Below, piece after piece: positions 1 to 8,342 of a stretch of 25,550 nucleotides of DNA. The translations under genes were made by a program, and so were the position numbers. This DNA comes from Verrucomicrobiales bacterium (GTDB lineage Bacteria > Verrucomicrobiota > Verrucomicrobiia > Verrucomicrobiales > SLCJ01). The notes beneath the pieces are model-generated. The model was not told where the DNA came from. It saw only the letters and a list, made by a program, of their open reading frames with translations, and did not search any database. The stretch is taken from NCBI GenBank assembly GCA_046075565.1, contig JBJTQJ010000019.1:1-25550 (forward strand), read 5' to 3'. Position 1 is the stretch's first letter; every line of letters starts with the position of its first letter.

Positions 1-255
1 CCCGAATCCACAAAGAATCGACACCAAAAGACCCCGGAAACCACAATCGCCATTGTCCTTTCCAAACGGCAAGGGCCTTGTCACAGCGAGGCTCCAGGCC
101 CGCGTCGGCCCGTTTTCAGAAGCCTATGGGATGCCTGTGAGCAAATTACTAGCAATCAAGGACCGGGCGGGCGGGGGCGGGGGACTCGGGAAAACTGAAA
201 CTCCGAAGTGTGACTCGTCGTAAACATCATCTCAAATATTGATATCACAACTCCC

Positions 256-678
256 ATGCCGACCCATGCCGCCCCCTGCATCTACCGTCCAGCCCAGCCG
301 GATGAGATGGGCCGTGCCGCCTCACTTTGCACCACGCCCACCGTGCGTCCGGGCGAGGGGCAGTTGCATTGCTTTGTCGCCGTGCGCACCCAGCCTGTGG
401 AGCGCATCCTTGCCGTTGCCTTTTGGCACACGATGCCCGAGGCCGATGGCACCCTGACAGCCGAGGTGAAATGGTCGGTATTGCCCGCCCTGGCGGCAGA
501 AGCGTCGCTCGAAGAGGCCAAGGGCCGCCTCGCCTGCCTGCTCGCCGATTGCGGCTATACCGACGTGGCACGGGAATGCAAACTGCGTCTAAAAACAGCG
601 CCTGCTCCCTTATCCAAACAGTCGTTTGATTTGGAAGGTATCGTTCGCGAGGTGGTAAGGAAGCTGGGATCCGACTGA
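256..678 (+). CDS. Hypothetical protein (140 aa); possibly chimeric or truncated, N-terminus GNAT-like
   Basis: ATG after an AT-rich stretch (~205-250). The N-terminus IYRPAQPDEM...CFVAV...ILAVAFW resembles the first strands of GNAT folds, but the acetyl-CoA motif A is not seen. It ends in an amphipathic helix, DLEGIVREVVRKL. Confidence 0.45.
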   Translation: MPTHAAPCIYRPAQPDEMGRAASLCTTPTVRPGEGQLHCFVAVRTQPVERILAVAFWHTMPEADGTLTAEVKWSVLPALAAEASLEEAKGRLACLLADCGYTDVARECKLRLKTAPAPLSKQSFDLEGIVREVVRKLGSD

Positions 679-758
679 TCCCCATCTGGAAAGCCCTATT
701 ACCTGGCACTCCAAGAGACATGGCGTCTCACGACGGCCCCCGGCCCCTCCAATGGCCC

Positions 759-783
759 TGAGCCCACCGGCTGGGCTCAAAAA
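759..783 (-). terminator. Hairpin, possible intrinsic terminator (minus strand)
   Basis: Perfect 8-bp stem TGAGCCCA-ccggc-TGGGCTCA with an adjacent A run on +. On - that run lies 5' of the stem, so the terminator geometry is imperfect. Confidence 0.3.
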
Positions 784-790
784 TAGGCAG

Positions 791-873
791 TGGCAAAAAA
801 ATCTTGGCTCCACGGGTTGGGAAAGCTATGCTTCGTAGGTATCGAAAACGCCATGGAAACCCCCGATTTCCCC
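791..873 (+). repeat. Copy 1 of a degenerate direct repeat (copy 2 at 3891-3974) containing a sigma70-like promoter
   Basis: 802-830 vs 3903-3931 match 25/29 ungapped. 850-873 vs 3951-3974 match 18/24 on the same diagonal. Contains TTGGCT-N17-TATGCT (804-832). Confidence 0.75.
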
Positions 874-1047
874 ACCCTCCTGTCTTCGCCAAAGCTCCGC
901 CAGGCAAGCCTATCCTGCTTGGGCAGGTGTAACGCAGCGAAGGTTTCACCCCAACGGCTGTTTCAGGGGCTTTCTACTTGAAGGCAATTTCCCGGCAGTC
1001 CTGCGCTTTCCCGGCCAAGCCCTTCACGTTTTACCTCGATTCTCCGC

Positions 1048-3825
1048 ATGGCGCGTCGCACGCACTATTCCCCTAGTTGTCTTCTGCAAACCACTTGGAT
1101 CGTGTGGATTCTTCTGGCGGTTCTGGTGCGTGTTTACGCAGCGCCCGCGGCGCCGACCTTGTTGCGTGGTGCGGTGACTTCGACTTCGGGCACCGCAATG
1201 ACCCTGATCTGGGATGACAATTCGACGGATGAAACGAACTTTCAAATCGCCTATACCGTCAATGCCGTGACGCAGACGCCACTGACATCGAGCGCGAACG
1301 CGGGAACCGGAACGATCAGCGTCGGTCTCATGATTTCTGCCGGCGTCACATACACTTTCCAGGTTCGTGCGTATACAACCTCCACTGCGAACGCATCCGC
1401 CTATTCGAACACCATCACCCTCAATAGTGGCGATTTCAAGGCGCCCACCAGCCCCGGATTGGCTGTGCAGGCGAATGGCAGCATGCTCTTTATCTGGACG
1501 GACAGCTCGACCGGCGAGGCTGGATATATGGTGGAATCAGCAACAGCGTCGGGTGGGCCGTTCACGGTGGCAGGATCGACGGGGCAGAACTTCACCGGCT
1601 TCATCATGGGCGGCCTCGCTCCGGCGACGACCTACTATTTCCGCGTCCGCGGCTTCAAGGGCACCGCCGCCAGTCCGACTTTCACGACGGCCTATACCAG
1701 CGTGGTCAGCGCGACGACGCCCTTGACGATCGCCGCGCCCAGCGGCCTCGTGGTGACGCCGACCAGCGAGCGGGCGGTGAGTCTTTCCTTTGCGGACAAC
1801 ACGGCGAACAACACCGGATACGAAATCGAGATCCGCCCGCAGGGTGGTGTGTTCAGCTACCTCGGAGAAGTCGCTGATATCGCCAAAGTGAACACGAACG
1901 ACATCCTGACCCCGGGCACGACGTATGATTTTCGAGTCCGCGCATATTACCAAAACGGCGCGAACCCGCGCGTCTATTCCGCCTACTCGAACATCGGGAC
2001 CGCCACGACGCCTTTTTATCCGCCGACAAATCTTGTCGTCACGCCTTCCGCCGTCACGCCCTACCGGATCAGCTTCTCATGGACGGATCAATCCGCGGCC
2101 GAGACCGGCTACGAATTGGAATATCGAAAGCAGGGCGTGGGCTCTTTTGTAACCCGTAAAGTGACGGCGGCCAATGCGACGAGCATCGTCAATCTGCCGG
2201 AATTTGAGCCGGGAACAGTTTACGAATTCCGCATCCGGGCGCGGGCAGACGGTCTTCGCTCGGCGTATTTTCCTTCAGCGGGCGGAGTCGTCGCCACGAC
2301 GAGGAATGGCTTCAGCAGCAAGTCCTACGCGCCGATCGAGACGGGCACTCCCTTCAGCTACCAGATGGCCACCATCAGCCAGTCCCCGCGCACCGGGTGG
2401 AGCGTGGGCACACTGCCGCCGGGACTCGCGTTTGACGCAGGGACAGGCATCATCTCCGGCACACCGACGGCGGCCGGTTTCTACTCCGTGCCGATGACGG
2501 CGTCTTTTGCGAGCGGCCCCGCACACACGCTCAATCTGGCCCTGCGAATCATCCGTCCGCCAGCCCCGCCGCAGCTCACCTCGGCGATCGGCGCACAGAC
2601 GCTGACCAAGGGTGGCGCCGCAACCGTCGCGCTGAATACGAAGTTCGCCGACCCCGACACCGAATCGGCGGTGCGCATGGCGACCTCGAAGGGGAATGTG
2701 GATATCGTGCTATACTCGAGCACCGCGCCACAGACCGTGGCGAACTTCCTTACCTATGATTACAGCAACGTGCTTTTCCACCGCGCACCCGCGGGCTTCG
2801 TAGTGCAGGGCGGCGGCTACAGGACGTATGCTGCACCGGATGTGTTCCAGCGCATCACCACGTCATCGCCGGTGCCCAATGAGCCGGGGATAACGAATAC
2901 CCTCGGAACCATCGCGATGGCGAAGGTTGCGGACGACCCAGACAGCGCCACGAGCGAATTCTTCTTCAACCTGGGCGACAACAGCGCGAACCTCGACAAC
3001 CAGAACGGCGGCTTCACCGTCTTCGGGCGTATCGCCACGCCGTCGCTCAGCACGACTCTCGCCGCGCTCGCCTCACTGCCGACTGAAGACTACGCGGTGA
3101 AGCAATATGTCGGGCCGCTCCCGACGGACGTCGTCAATTCCACGTTCACCGACCTGCCCATCGACAAGTCGCCTGTGCCGGCCGCCGTGGATCAGAGCAA
3201 ACTGGTTAAGACCATCTCGGTGACAACGCTGCCGGTGCTGACGTATACGGTTTCGGAAAACTCCAACCCCGCGGTGGCGGCCGCATCGATCGTCGGCAAC
3301 AGCCTGCAACTCGACGGGCGTGCACCGGGCCTTACGACGATCGCCGTTGTCGCGGTCGATGTCGATGGGAACGCCACGCCTGCGACGTTCACGGTCGAGG
3401 TGCGTGAGACATTTTCTCAATGGGCGGCGGGTCAGGGCATTCCCGCCGGAGAAGCGGGTGCAGGAAATAACCCGGATCGCGATGCGCTCACGAACATCCA
3501 GGAATGGGCCTTTTTCGGGAATCCAAACATCGCCAAGACGGGAAACCCGGTGCCGCTCTTTGCGCTCACGCCGGTGGCCGGCTCGAAGCATTTGGAGATC
3601 ACTTTTCCGGTCCGCAAGTTCGCCGCGAATCTGACCTATTCCGTCGAGGTCTCCGGCACCCTGCTGCCGGGCAGTTGGGCGACGATCTGGACGAGTTCCG
3701 ACGGCTTCGCTGCGCCCGCGGTGAAGTCGGCGATTGACCAGGCGGATCGCACCGTCGTGACAGTCCGCGACCCGGTGTCGGCTGCATCAGCCACCCAGCG
3801 CTATATGCGCGTCAAGGTCCAGTAG
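1048..3825 (+). CDS. Secreted/surface multidomain cyclophilin-type peptidyl-prolyl isomerase: signal peptide, 4x fibronectin type III, putative Ig domain, cyclophilin within a cadherin/Ig-like domain, Verrucomicrobia-type C-terminal domain
   Basis: Hydrophobic N-terminus ending VYA-A. Four FN3 repeats (W.DNS..E..Y; L.PGTTY.FRVRA). GTLPPGLAFDAGTGIISGTPT is He_PIG-like. Cyclophilin motifs FHRAPAGFVVQGGG, GTIAMAK, SATSEFFFNL, GFTVFG. C-terminus has NPDRDALTNIQEWAFFGNP...RYMRVKVQ. Confidence 0.88.
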   Translation: MARRTHYSPSCLLQTTWIVWILLAVLVRVYAAPAAPTLLRGAVTSTSGTAMTLIWDDNSTDETNFQIAYTVNAVTQTPLTSSANAGTGTISVGLMISAGVTYTFQVRAYTTSTANASAYSNTITLNSGDFKAPTSPGLAVQANGSMLFIWTDSSTGEAGYMVESATASGGPFTVAGSTGQNFTGFIMGGLAPATTYYFRVRGFKGTAASPTFTTAYTSVVSATTPLTIAAPSGLVVTPTSERAVSLSFADNTANNTGYEIEIRPQGGVFSYLGEVADIAKVNTNDILTPGTTYDFRVRAYYQNGANPRVYSAYSNIGTATTPFYPPTNLVVTPSAVTPYRISFSWTDQSAAETGYELEYRKQGVGSFVTRKVTAANATSIVNLPEFEPGTVYEFRIRARADGLRSAYFPSAGGVVATTRNGFSSKSYAPIETGTPFSYQMATISQSPRTGWSVGTLPPGLAFDAGTGIISGTPTAAGFYSVPMTASFASGPAHTLNLALRIIRPPAPPQLTSAIGAQTLTKGGAATVALNTKFADPDTESAVRMATSKGNVDIVLYSSTAPQTVANFLTYDYSNVLFHRAPAGFVVQGGGYRTYAAPDVFQRITTSSPVPNEPGITNTLGTIAMAKVADDPDSATSEFFFNLGDNSANLDNQNGGFTVFGRIATPSLSTTLAALASLPTEDYAVKQYVGPLPTDVVNSTFTDLPIDKSPVPAAVDQSKLVKTISVTTLPVLTYTVSENSNPAVAAASIVGNSLQLDGRAPGLTTIAVVAVDVDGNATPATFTVEVRETFSQWAAGQGIPAGEAGAGNNPDRDALTNIQEWAFFGNPNIAKTGNPVPLFALTPVAGSKHLEITFPVRKFAANLTYSVEVSGTLLPGSWATIWTSSDGFAAPAVKSAIDQADRTVVTVRDPVSAASATQRYMRVKVQ

Positions 3826-3890
3826 CGTGCGCGGGGCCATCGCGCGTCCTGAGTCGCCCCGGGGGACGGCAAAAGTGCGGAATCAAGCCC

Positions 3891-3974
3891 TGCCAAAAAT
3901 ATTCTTGGCACCGCGGATTGCGAAAGCTATGGACCGCTTCTATGCCAACGGCCACGAAAGCCCCCCTTTCCCCC
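3891..3974 (+). repeat. Copy 2 of the degenerate direct repeat
   Basis: See copy 1. Here the -10 reads TATGGA and the ATG of copy 1 (853) aligns to ACG (3954). It includes the inverted repeat TGCCAA-N8-TTGGCA. Confidence 0.75.
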
Positions 3975-4009
3975 TCAAGCCCCTTTTCCCCGCCCAGCGG
4001 CCTGGCCGA

Positions 4010-4270
4010 AAGGCTCTTTTCAGCGGCTTCGACCCGAATTCCTTCCTTTATCTGTATGTTAGCCACGGACATCTGGGCACGAACCAGTCATCCCACGGGG
4101 TGAAGTTTACCGGCTTCGGCGAGTCTGGCGGTTTCGAGGAATGGTCCACTTTCACCGATACCTTGGGCAACCCGCCGGCGGTCTTGGTCGCGCCGATTCC
4201 GGAACTTTCCACATCCCTGATGGCTTTGATCGGAACCTTGGTCCTCGCCCTGCGCCGCCGCCGGGATTGA
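4010..4270 (+). pseudogene. C-terminal remnant of a PEP-CTERM-type protein (5' boundary approximate)
   Basis: Ends IPELSTSLMALIGTLVLALRRRRD (PEP-like motif, TM helix, Arg cluster), preceded by ..FDPNSFLYLY..GGFEEW. The upstream in-frame sequence has no signal peptide and overlaps the repeat. Confidence 0.65.
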
Positions 4271-4499
4271 AATGGTCCCGCCCGAGGTGGGGTTGACATT
4301 ATTGTGTTCGTCGAGGAACTGGCCGGCTTCTCGGCGTTGATGTTCGGTCGCGAATATGGACAGTCGCTTTAGGCTCTCTTTCCGTGCCCGATTCGGCACG
4401 CAACCTATCGATTCCCAATGGCGCGGAACTTTTGGTTCGCACCATCTACCTTTTGATTACTGTCCCGCTCCTTCGCGCCCCCGTCGCTGATGGTCGGTT

Positions 4500-7400
4500 C
4501 TATTGCTTTTCTTGAGCTGCCGTTGCGCGCACGATTCGCACCGGTCCGATCAGGCCGGATGGTTCCGGCTTCCATTTGAAGCGTCCTTCTTTTTCAACGC
4601 GGATATTGGTGCGGGTGATGCGTTGATTCATCGGCAGCTTTGCATCGGCCATCACGCGGTTGCACCACGAGTTGATGGCGGTGACTTCGAGGGTATTGGA
4701 TCCGGGTTTTGCCGACTTTCCAAGAGCGACTCGGAACGGAGGACGCCAGGCAATGCCGAGATCGTTGCCGTTGAGCTTGACCCGTGCGATTCCCACGCCG
4801 CGCACCTCGCCCAATTCGATGGCGATGGGGCTGGCGGCCTCTTCCTCGCTCAACTCGAATGTCGTGGTGTAGATCGCTTTGCCGGAATAATCGCGCACGG
4901 CGGGATCCGCATGGTCGAGCCAGTCGGTGAGTGTGGGGAAGGCGACGGGTTTGGCTGGACCGCCGAGTTTGCGATCAAAGGTGGCTTGCCATGGGCCATC
5001 AATGCCGCAGACTTGCTGCCATGGGGAACTGTTCGGCGCTTCGTCGCGGTTGTTGGTGGGGCTCGGTTTGCGGAAGACCATGAAGCAACTGTCGAAGGCG
5101 CCAAGGTCGAGCGGCACCGTGGTGCGGCCATCGGAGATGTTGTAGCGCGTGGCCTCGCGGATGGAGCCATCCACCGGATTCCAGATCTCCGGGATGCGGC
5201 CCGACACCCGGAACGTCGCTTCGAGTTGGCGGGGTTTGCCTGAGAATTCCGACAGGAAATAGATGTCCGCTTCTCCGACCTTGTAGTGAATCCAATCGGT
5301 TTGTGGTGCCGCCGAGCCATTGGCCAGGGTGATGGAGAGATCCGGTAGGATGTTGTGTTTGGCCAGAAACTCGGAGGCGTTCATGCCCCAGGCGATTCGG
5401 CCTTTGCCGACGGCTCGGGTGCCGGATTCTTCTTCTTCATTGCCCCACAAGCCATCGGCGAGTTGTTGGAATTCCTTTGCCCCTGGCGGGCCTCCTTCGA
5501 GGCTCACGGCATGCCCGGGTTTGGGGCCGAGGATACTGGCACCCGCGCGGGCCAAGGTATCGATTTTCCGAAGCGCACCGAGGGAGAGTATGCCGTGGTC
5601 CGGGAGAGTCAGCACCTGATAGCTCATGCCCGAGGGCAGGCGGAGTTTGCCGTCGGCGAAGACGAGTTTATCCAACAAGAGTTCCTCGCTGAGCACATCG
5701 TAGTCATAGCCGGGTAAAGCGCCCGCCGGGTCGTGGCCCTTGCGTCCGAAAATGTTCGGGATGTGATCGCCATAGTAATGGAGGACGTCTGCCTGGAATC
5801 CGCCCTGTTGGGTGAGGAACTGGCAGCGCCGCAGGTAGGTAATGAATGCCGTGCTTTCGTCCCACCATGTGATCTGGGGGTTAAAGTGCGTGCCCGCAAA
5901 GTATTCCTGCCCTGGCATGCCCATCTCCGGAGGCGAACTGGTGAAGGTGTGAATAAAGAGGATGTTGAGGCCGGCACAGATTTCGGTGTCGAAGCTCGGT
6001 TTCATTTGTAGCCACGGGATGTCGTTCCAGTGGGGGCCAATGGTCGTGAATCCCTCGGCGCCGACCAAGCGCTTGCCATAGGTGTGCGCCGCCGAAGATG
6101 CCTGCTTGACGAAAAATTGGTTGTCGGCATCAGGACGATGCGGCGATGGCGACCAGAATTCGGACATCATCAACTCGCTACGGCCGTAGTTTTTCAGACC
6201 ATCGAGCGGACTGGCGTGCGGGCCGGAGCATTCGGGATGGGTAGCAATGCCAAACTCCGCCGAGCGCTTTGTCAGATGCGTGAAGTGATCGGCAATCAAA
6301 TCTCCGATCGTCTTGCGGAAATCGGCGAGGAAGGCATCCGATTCCGCGCGGGAACCGATGATATGTCCCGTCAGTACCGCGAGCCATGGAGTGGGATCAT
6401 ATCCGCGTCTTTCCCGAAAGGCACGGTCGAAACCCGGTGTCCAGTTCATGCCGCCGCCTTCCCAACTGTCGGTATGCACGTATTTCATGGTGGTGCCCGC
6501 GTGCGGGCCGAGGGCTTTGAAAATCGGCGTGATGTTCTTGTCCCAGTAGCTGTCGAGTGCGGCCGGGCTGAGGAGGTCGATCACCCGCCCGGACCAGCCT
6601 TCGCTTTCGGTCGAGACGCGCGCGCCGGTCGCGGTGTGGCCGATACGCAGAATCTCCCAATGACCGGCGGGAGCCTCCCAATTCAAGGTGCCATTGGCCG
6701 AGAGCTTCGTGGTCAGGTTCGGAACCTCGGCAGGACTGAAGAAGGTCTCGCCGGGTTTTCCGGGTTCGGTTTCCAACATGAAACGGGTATCGGGCGCCGA
6801 TTTGCCCAGCGCACGGGTCGCGTTCTTGAGGTCGAGATCTTTGAGTGGTGCGATGGCTGACACCATGTCCGCGCCATCGGTTACTCCCGGTAGGATGATC
6901 TCCGCTACCTGCACGTTGCGGGCGCGTCCCGCTTCCGGCTTCGGATCATGGGCGGAGGTGAAGGATAGACGGATGTGCGATGCCCTTTGGGCGGGGAAAC
7001 TGGCGTTGAGAGTTTCACTATCCTTGAGGTTGAAGGTGGCGACGGAACGGAAGTTCCGATTGTCGGTGGAAATTTGGATTTGCCCGCTGCGTGGGCCGCG
7101 CTCCGGCCGTCCGCGCAGTGTTAGTTTCGAGATTTCAATCGGCCGATTGAGCGAAACGGAGATCCACTGCGGATTCTCTGCCGTAGGTGCGTCCTGCGAG
7201 GCCCAGAAGGTGTCGGGATTTTCATCCATCGCGTTCTTCGCTGGATACTGCGGTTGGGCGTTGCTCGCCTTGATTTCGTATTGCACCCGTCCATTCGCTT
7301 CCGCGCCGCGTGGCGGGGCAAGGGGAACGGCGATGACCGCGACATCGCGATAGAACCCATCTTTTGCTTCCGGTTTCGGCAGGGTTTGCCGGATGGCGGA

Positions 7401-7931
7401 GGGACCGGTGACCTGGGTCTTCGACCACACGAGATGCTGGGTGGTCTCTTGCGGGGAAACGGAAGGTCCGCCGAGGTTCCAGCCGCTTTGGATGTTGAGG
7501 CTGAGTTCCAGTTCGAGGCGTTTGGCCTCGTTGCAAGCATGCAGCAGCAGGGCGGTCCATTGGGGTGAACCGAACACCGGGCCCGCCTTGGTTCGGGCGT
7601 TGCCTCTTTGATTGCTTCCGTCGGCATCGAAGATCATCGCTCCATTGAAACCCTTGGCTTTCATTTCCTCCAATTCGCGGGTGATCGACTCCCTGGTGAC
7701 ATTGCTGTTGAGCCACCACCAGAAGCAGCGGATGCCCGCGCTGTGCGGTGGATTGCGGAAGCCGGATTCGAGCGCGTCCGCGCGGCTCTGAGGCGCCGCG
7801 ATCACCATGGCAAGCAGGACGAGAAGTATCCGGAAGGCGAGCTTGCGGAGTGAGACGACGGACCGAGAGGCCAACTGGAGATGGCGTTCCGCGAGAGGGA
7901 TGAAAGTGTGCCCGATGCTAAGGAGTTTCAT
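4500..7931 (-). CDS. Glycoside hydrolase family 106 (alpha-L-rhamnosidase-like) with internal F5/8 type C (CBM32-like) domain
   Basis: Motifs FRNPPHSAGIRCFWWW, ITRELEEMKAKG, SGWNLGGP, HTDSWEGG, MSEFW, SSAAHTYGK...AEGFT, YLRRCQFLTQQG, plus a C-terminal beta-sandwich (DYSGKAIY, NTLEVTAINSW, SGLIGPV). Start moved to ATG 7931; a signal-like segment ends SRA-DA. Confidence 0.88.
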   Translation of the reverse strand: MKLLSIGHTFIPLAERHLQLASRSVVSLRKLAFRILLVLLAMVIAAPQSRADALESGFRNPPHSAGIRCFWWWLNSNVTRESITRELEEMKAKGFNGAMIFDADGSNQRGNARTKAGPVFGSPQWTALLLHACNEAKRLELELSLNIQSGWNLGGPSVSPQETTQHLVWSKTQVTGPSAIRQTLPKPEAKDGFYRDVAVIAVPLAPPRGAEANGRVQYEIKASNAQPQYPAKNAMDENPDTFWASQDAPTAENPQWISVSLNRPIEISKLTLRGRPERGPRSGQIQISTDNRNFRSVATFNLKDSETLNASFPAQRASHIRLSFTSAHDPKPEAGRARNVQVAEIILPGVTDGADMVSAIAPLKDLDLKNATRALGKSAPDTRFMLETEPGKPGETFFSPAEVPNLTTKLSANGTLNWEAPAGHWEILRIGHTATGARVSTESEGWSGRVIDLLSPAALDSYWDKNITPIFKALGPHAGTTMKYVHTDSWEGGGMNWTPGFDRAFRERRGYDPTPWLAVLTGHIIGSRAESDAFLADFRKTIGDLIADHFTHLTKRSAEFGIATHPECSGPHASPLDGLKNYGRSELMMSEFWSPSPHRPDADNQFFVKQASSAAHTYGKRLVGAEGFTTIGPHWNDIPWLQMKPSFDTEICAGLNILFIHTFTSSPPEMGMPGQEYFAGTHFNPQITWWDESTAFITYLRRCQFLTQQGGFQADVLHYYGDHIPNIFGRKGHDPAGALPGYDYDVLSEELLLDKLVFADGKLRLPSGMSYQVLTLPDHGILSLGALRKIDTLARAGASILGPKPGHAVSLEGGPPGAKEFQQLADGLWGNEEEESGTRAVGKGRIAWGMNASEFLAKHNILPDLSITLANGSAAPQTDWIHYKVGEADIYFLSEFSGKPRQLEATFRVSGRIPEIWNPVDGSIREATRYNISDGRTTVPLDLGAFDSCFMVFRKPSPTNNRDEAPNSSPWQQVCGIDGPWQATFDRKLGGPAKPVAFPTLTDWLDHADPAVRDYSGKAIYTTTFELSEEEAASPIAIELGEVRGVGIARVKLNGNDLGIAWRPPFRVALGKSAKPGSNTLEVTAINSWCNRVMADAKLPMNQRITRTNIRVEKEGRFKWKPEPSGLIGPVRIVRATAAQEKQ

Positions 7932-8052
7932 GGGTGTGTCCAATGGATGTTTGAAATATGCAGGATAGCGTGAATTCATACGGGAAAAAAGGATCTTTTC
8001 GGACGGGCGAGGAGGCAGATGAGGGGAGGGAGGGGATGCCGACGAGGACCCA

Positions 8053-8081
8053 GCCTTCGCCGGAGGCTCTGGCGGGCAGGC
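8053..8081. repeat. REP-like palindrome remnant
   Basis: GCCTTCGCCGGAGGCTCTGGCGGGCAGGC with a CGCCGGA/TCTGGCG stem in a divergent intergenic region. From recall it resembles the CCTTCGC..AGCT.CGGCGGGCAGG repeat type. Confidence 0.35.
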
Positions 8082-8342
8082 TGTCGGCGAACCCTGCAGA
8101 TACGTCGGCGAGCCCGGAGCAAATGGCAATGGTCGTGGCGGCAAAGGTTGATTGTGGCGCGGCGTTTGGTTGCGTCGAGTGGGGATGAGGTTGGCAGGGC
8201 GGGATTTGTAACCGACGACCAACGCCTGAACCGGAGAAAAGGCCCCTCCAATGGAAAAACATGACCGCGAAACGAGTGGATCGTCTCGTTTCCCCTAAAA
8301 TCCCAAGTTTGCTACCCGTATTGCAGGTTATAGTTGCAGCCG

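Noticed and set aside
1..53. Possible minus-strand gene start (ATG at 53 after AAGGAC) running off the window
   Set aside because: Only 17 codons are visible, with no recognisable motif.
3906..3921. sigma54-like TGGCAC...TTGC upstream of the PEP-CTERM remnant
   Set aside because: GG-to-GC spacing is 11 nt rather than the required 10, and repeat copy 1 lacks the GC.
4273..4296. TGGTCCCGCCCGAGGTGGGGTTGA resembling a reversed tRNA 3' end (att remnant)
   Set aside because: It needs a 3-nt insertion, has no TTCGA loop, and does not match the tRNA-Lys in the window.
7932..8222. 97-aa N-terminal extension of the GH106 ORF
   Set aside because: Low-complexity Pro/Ser-rich read-through of intergenic DNA containing a REP-like hairpin. 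The signal-like segment follows ATG 7931.
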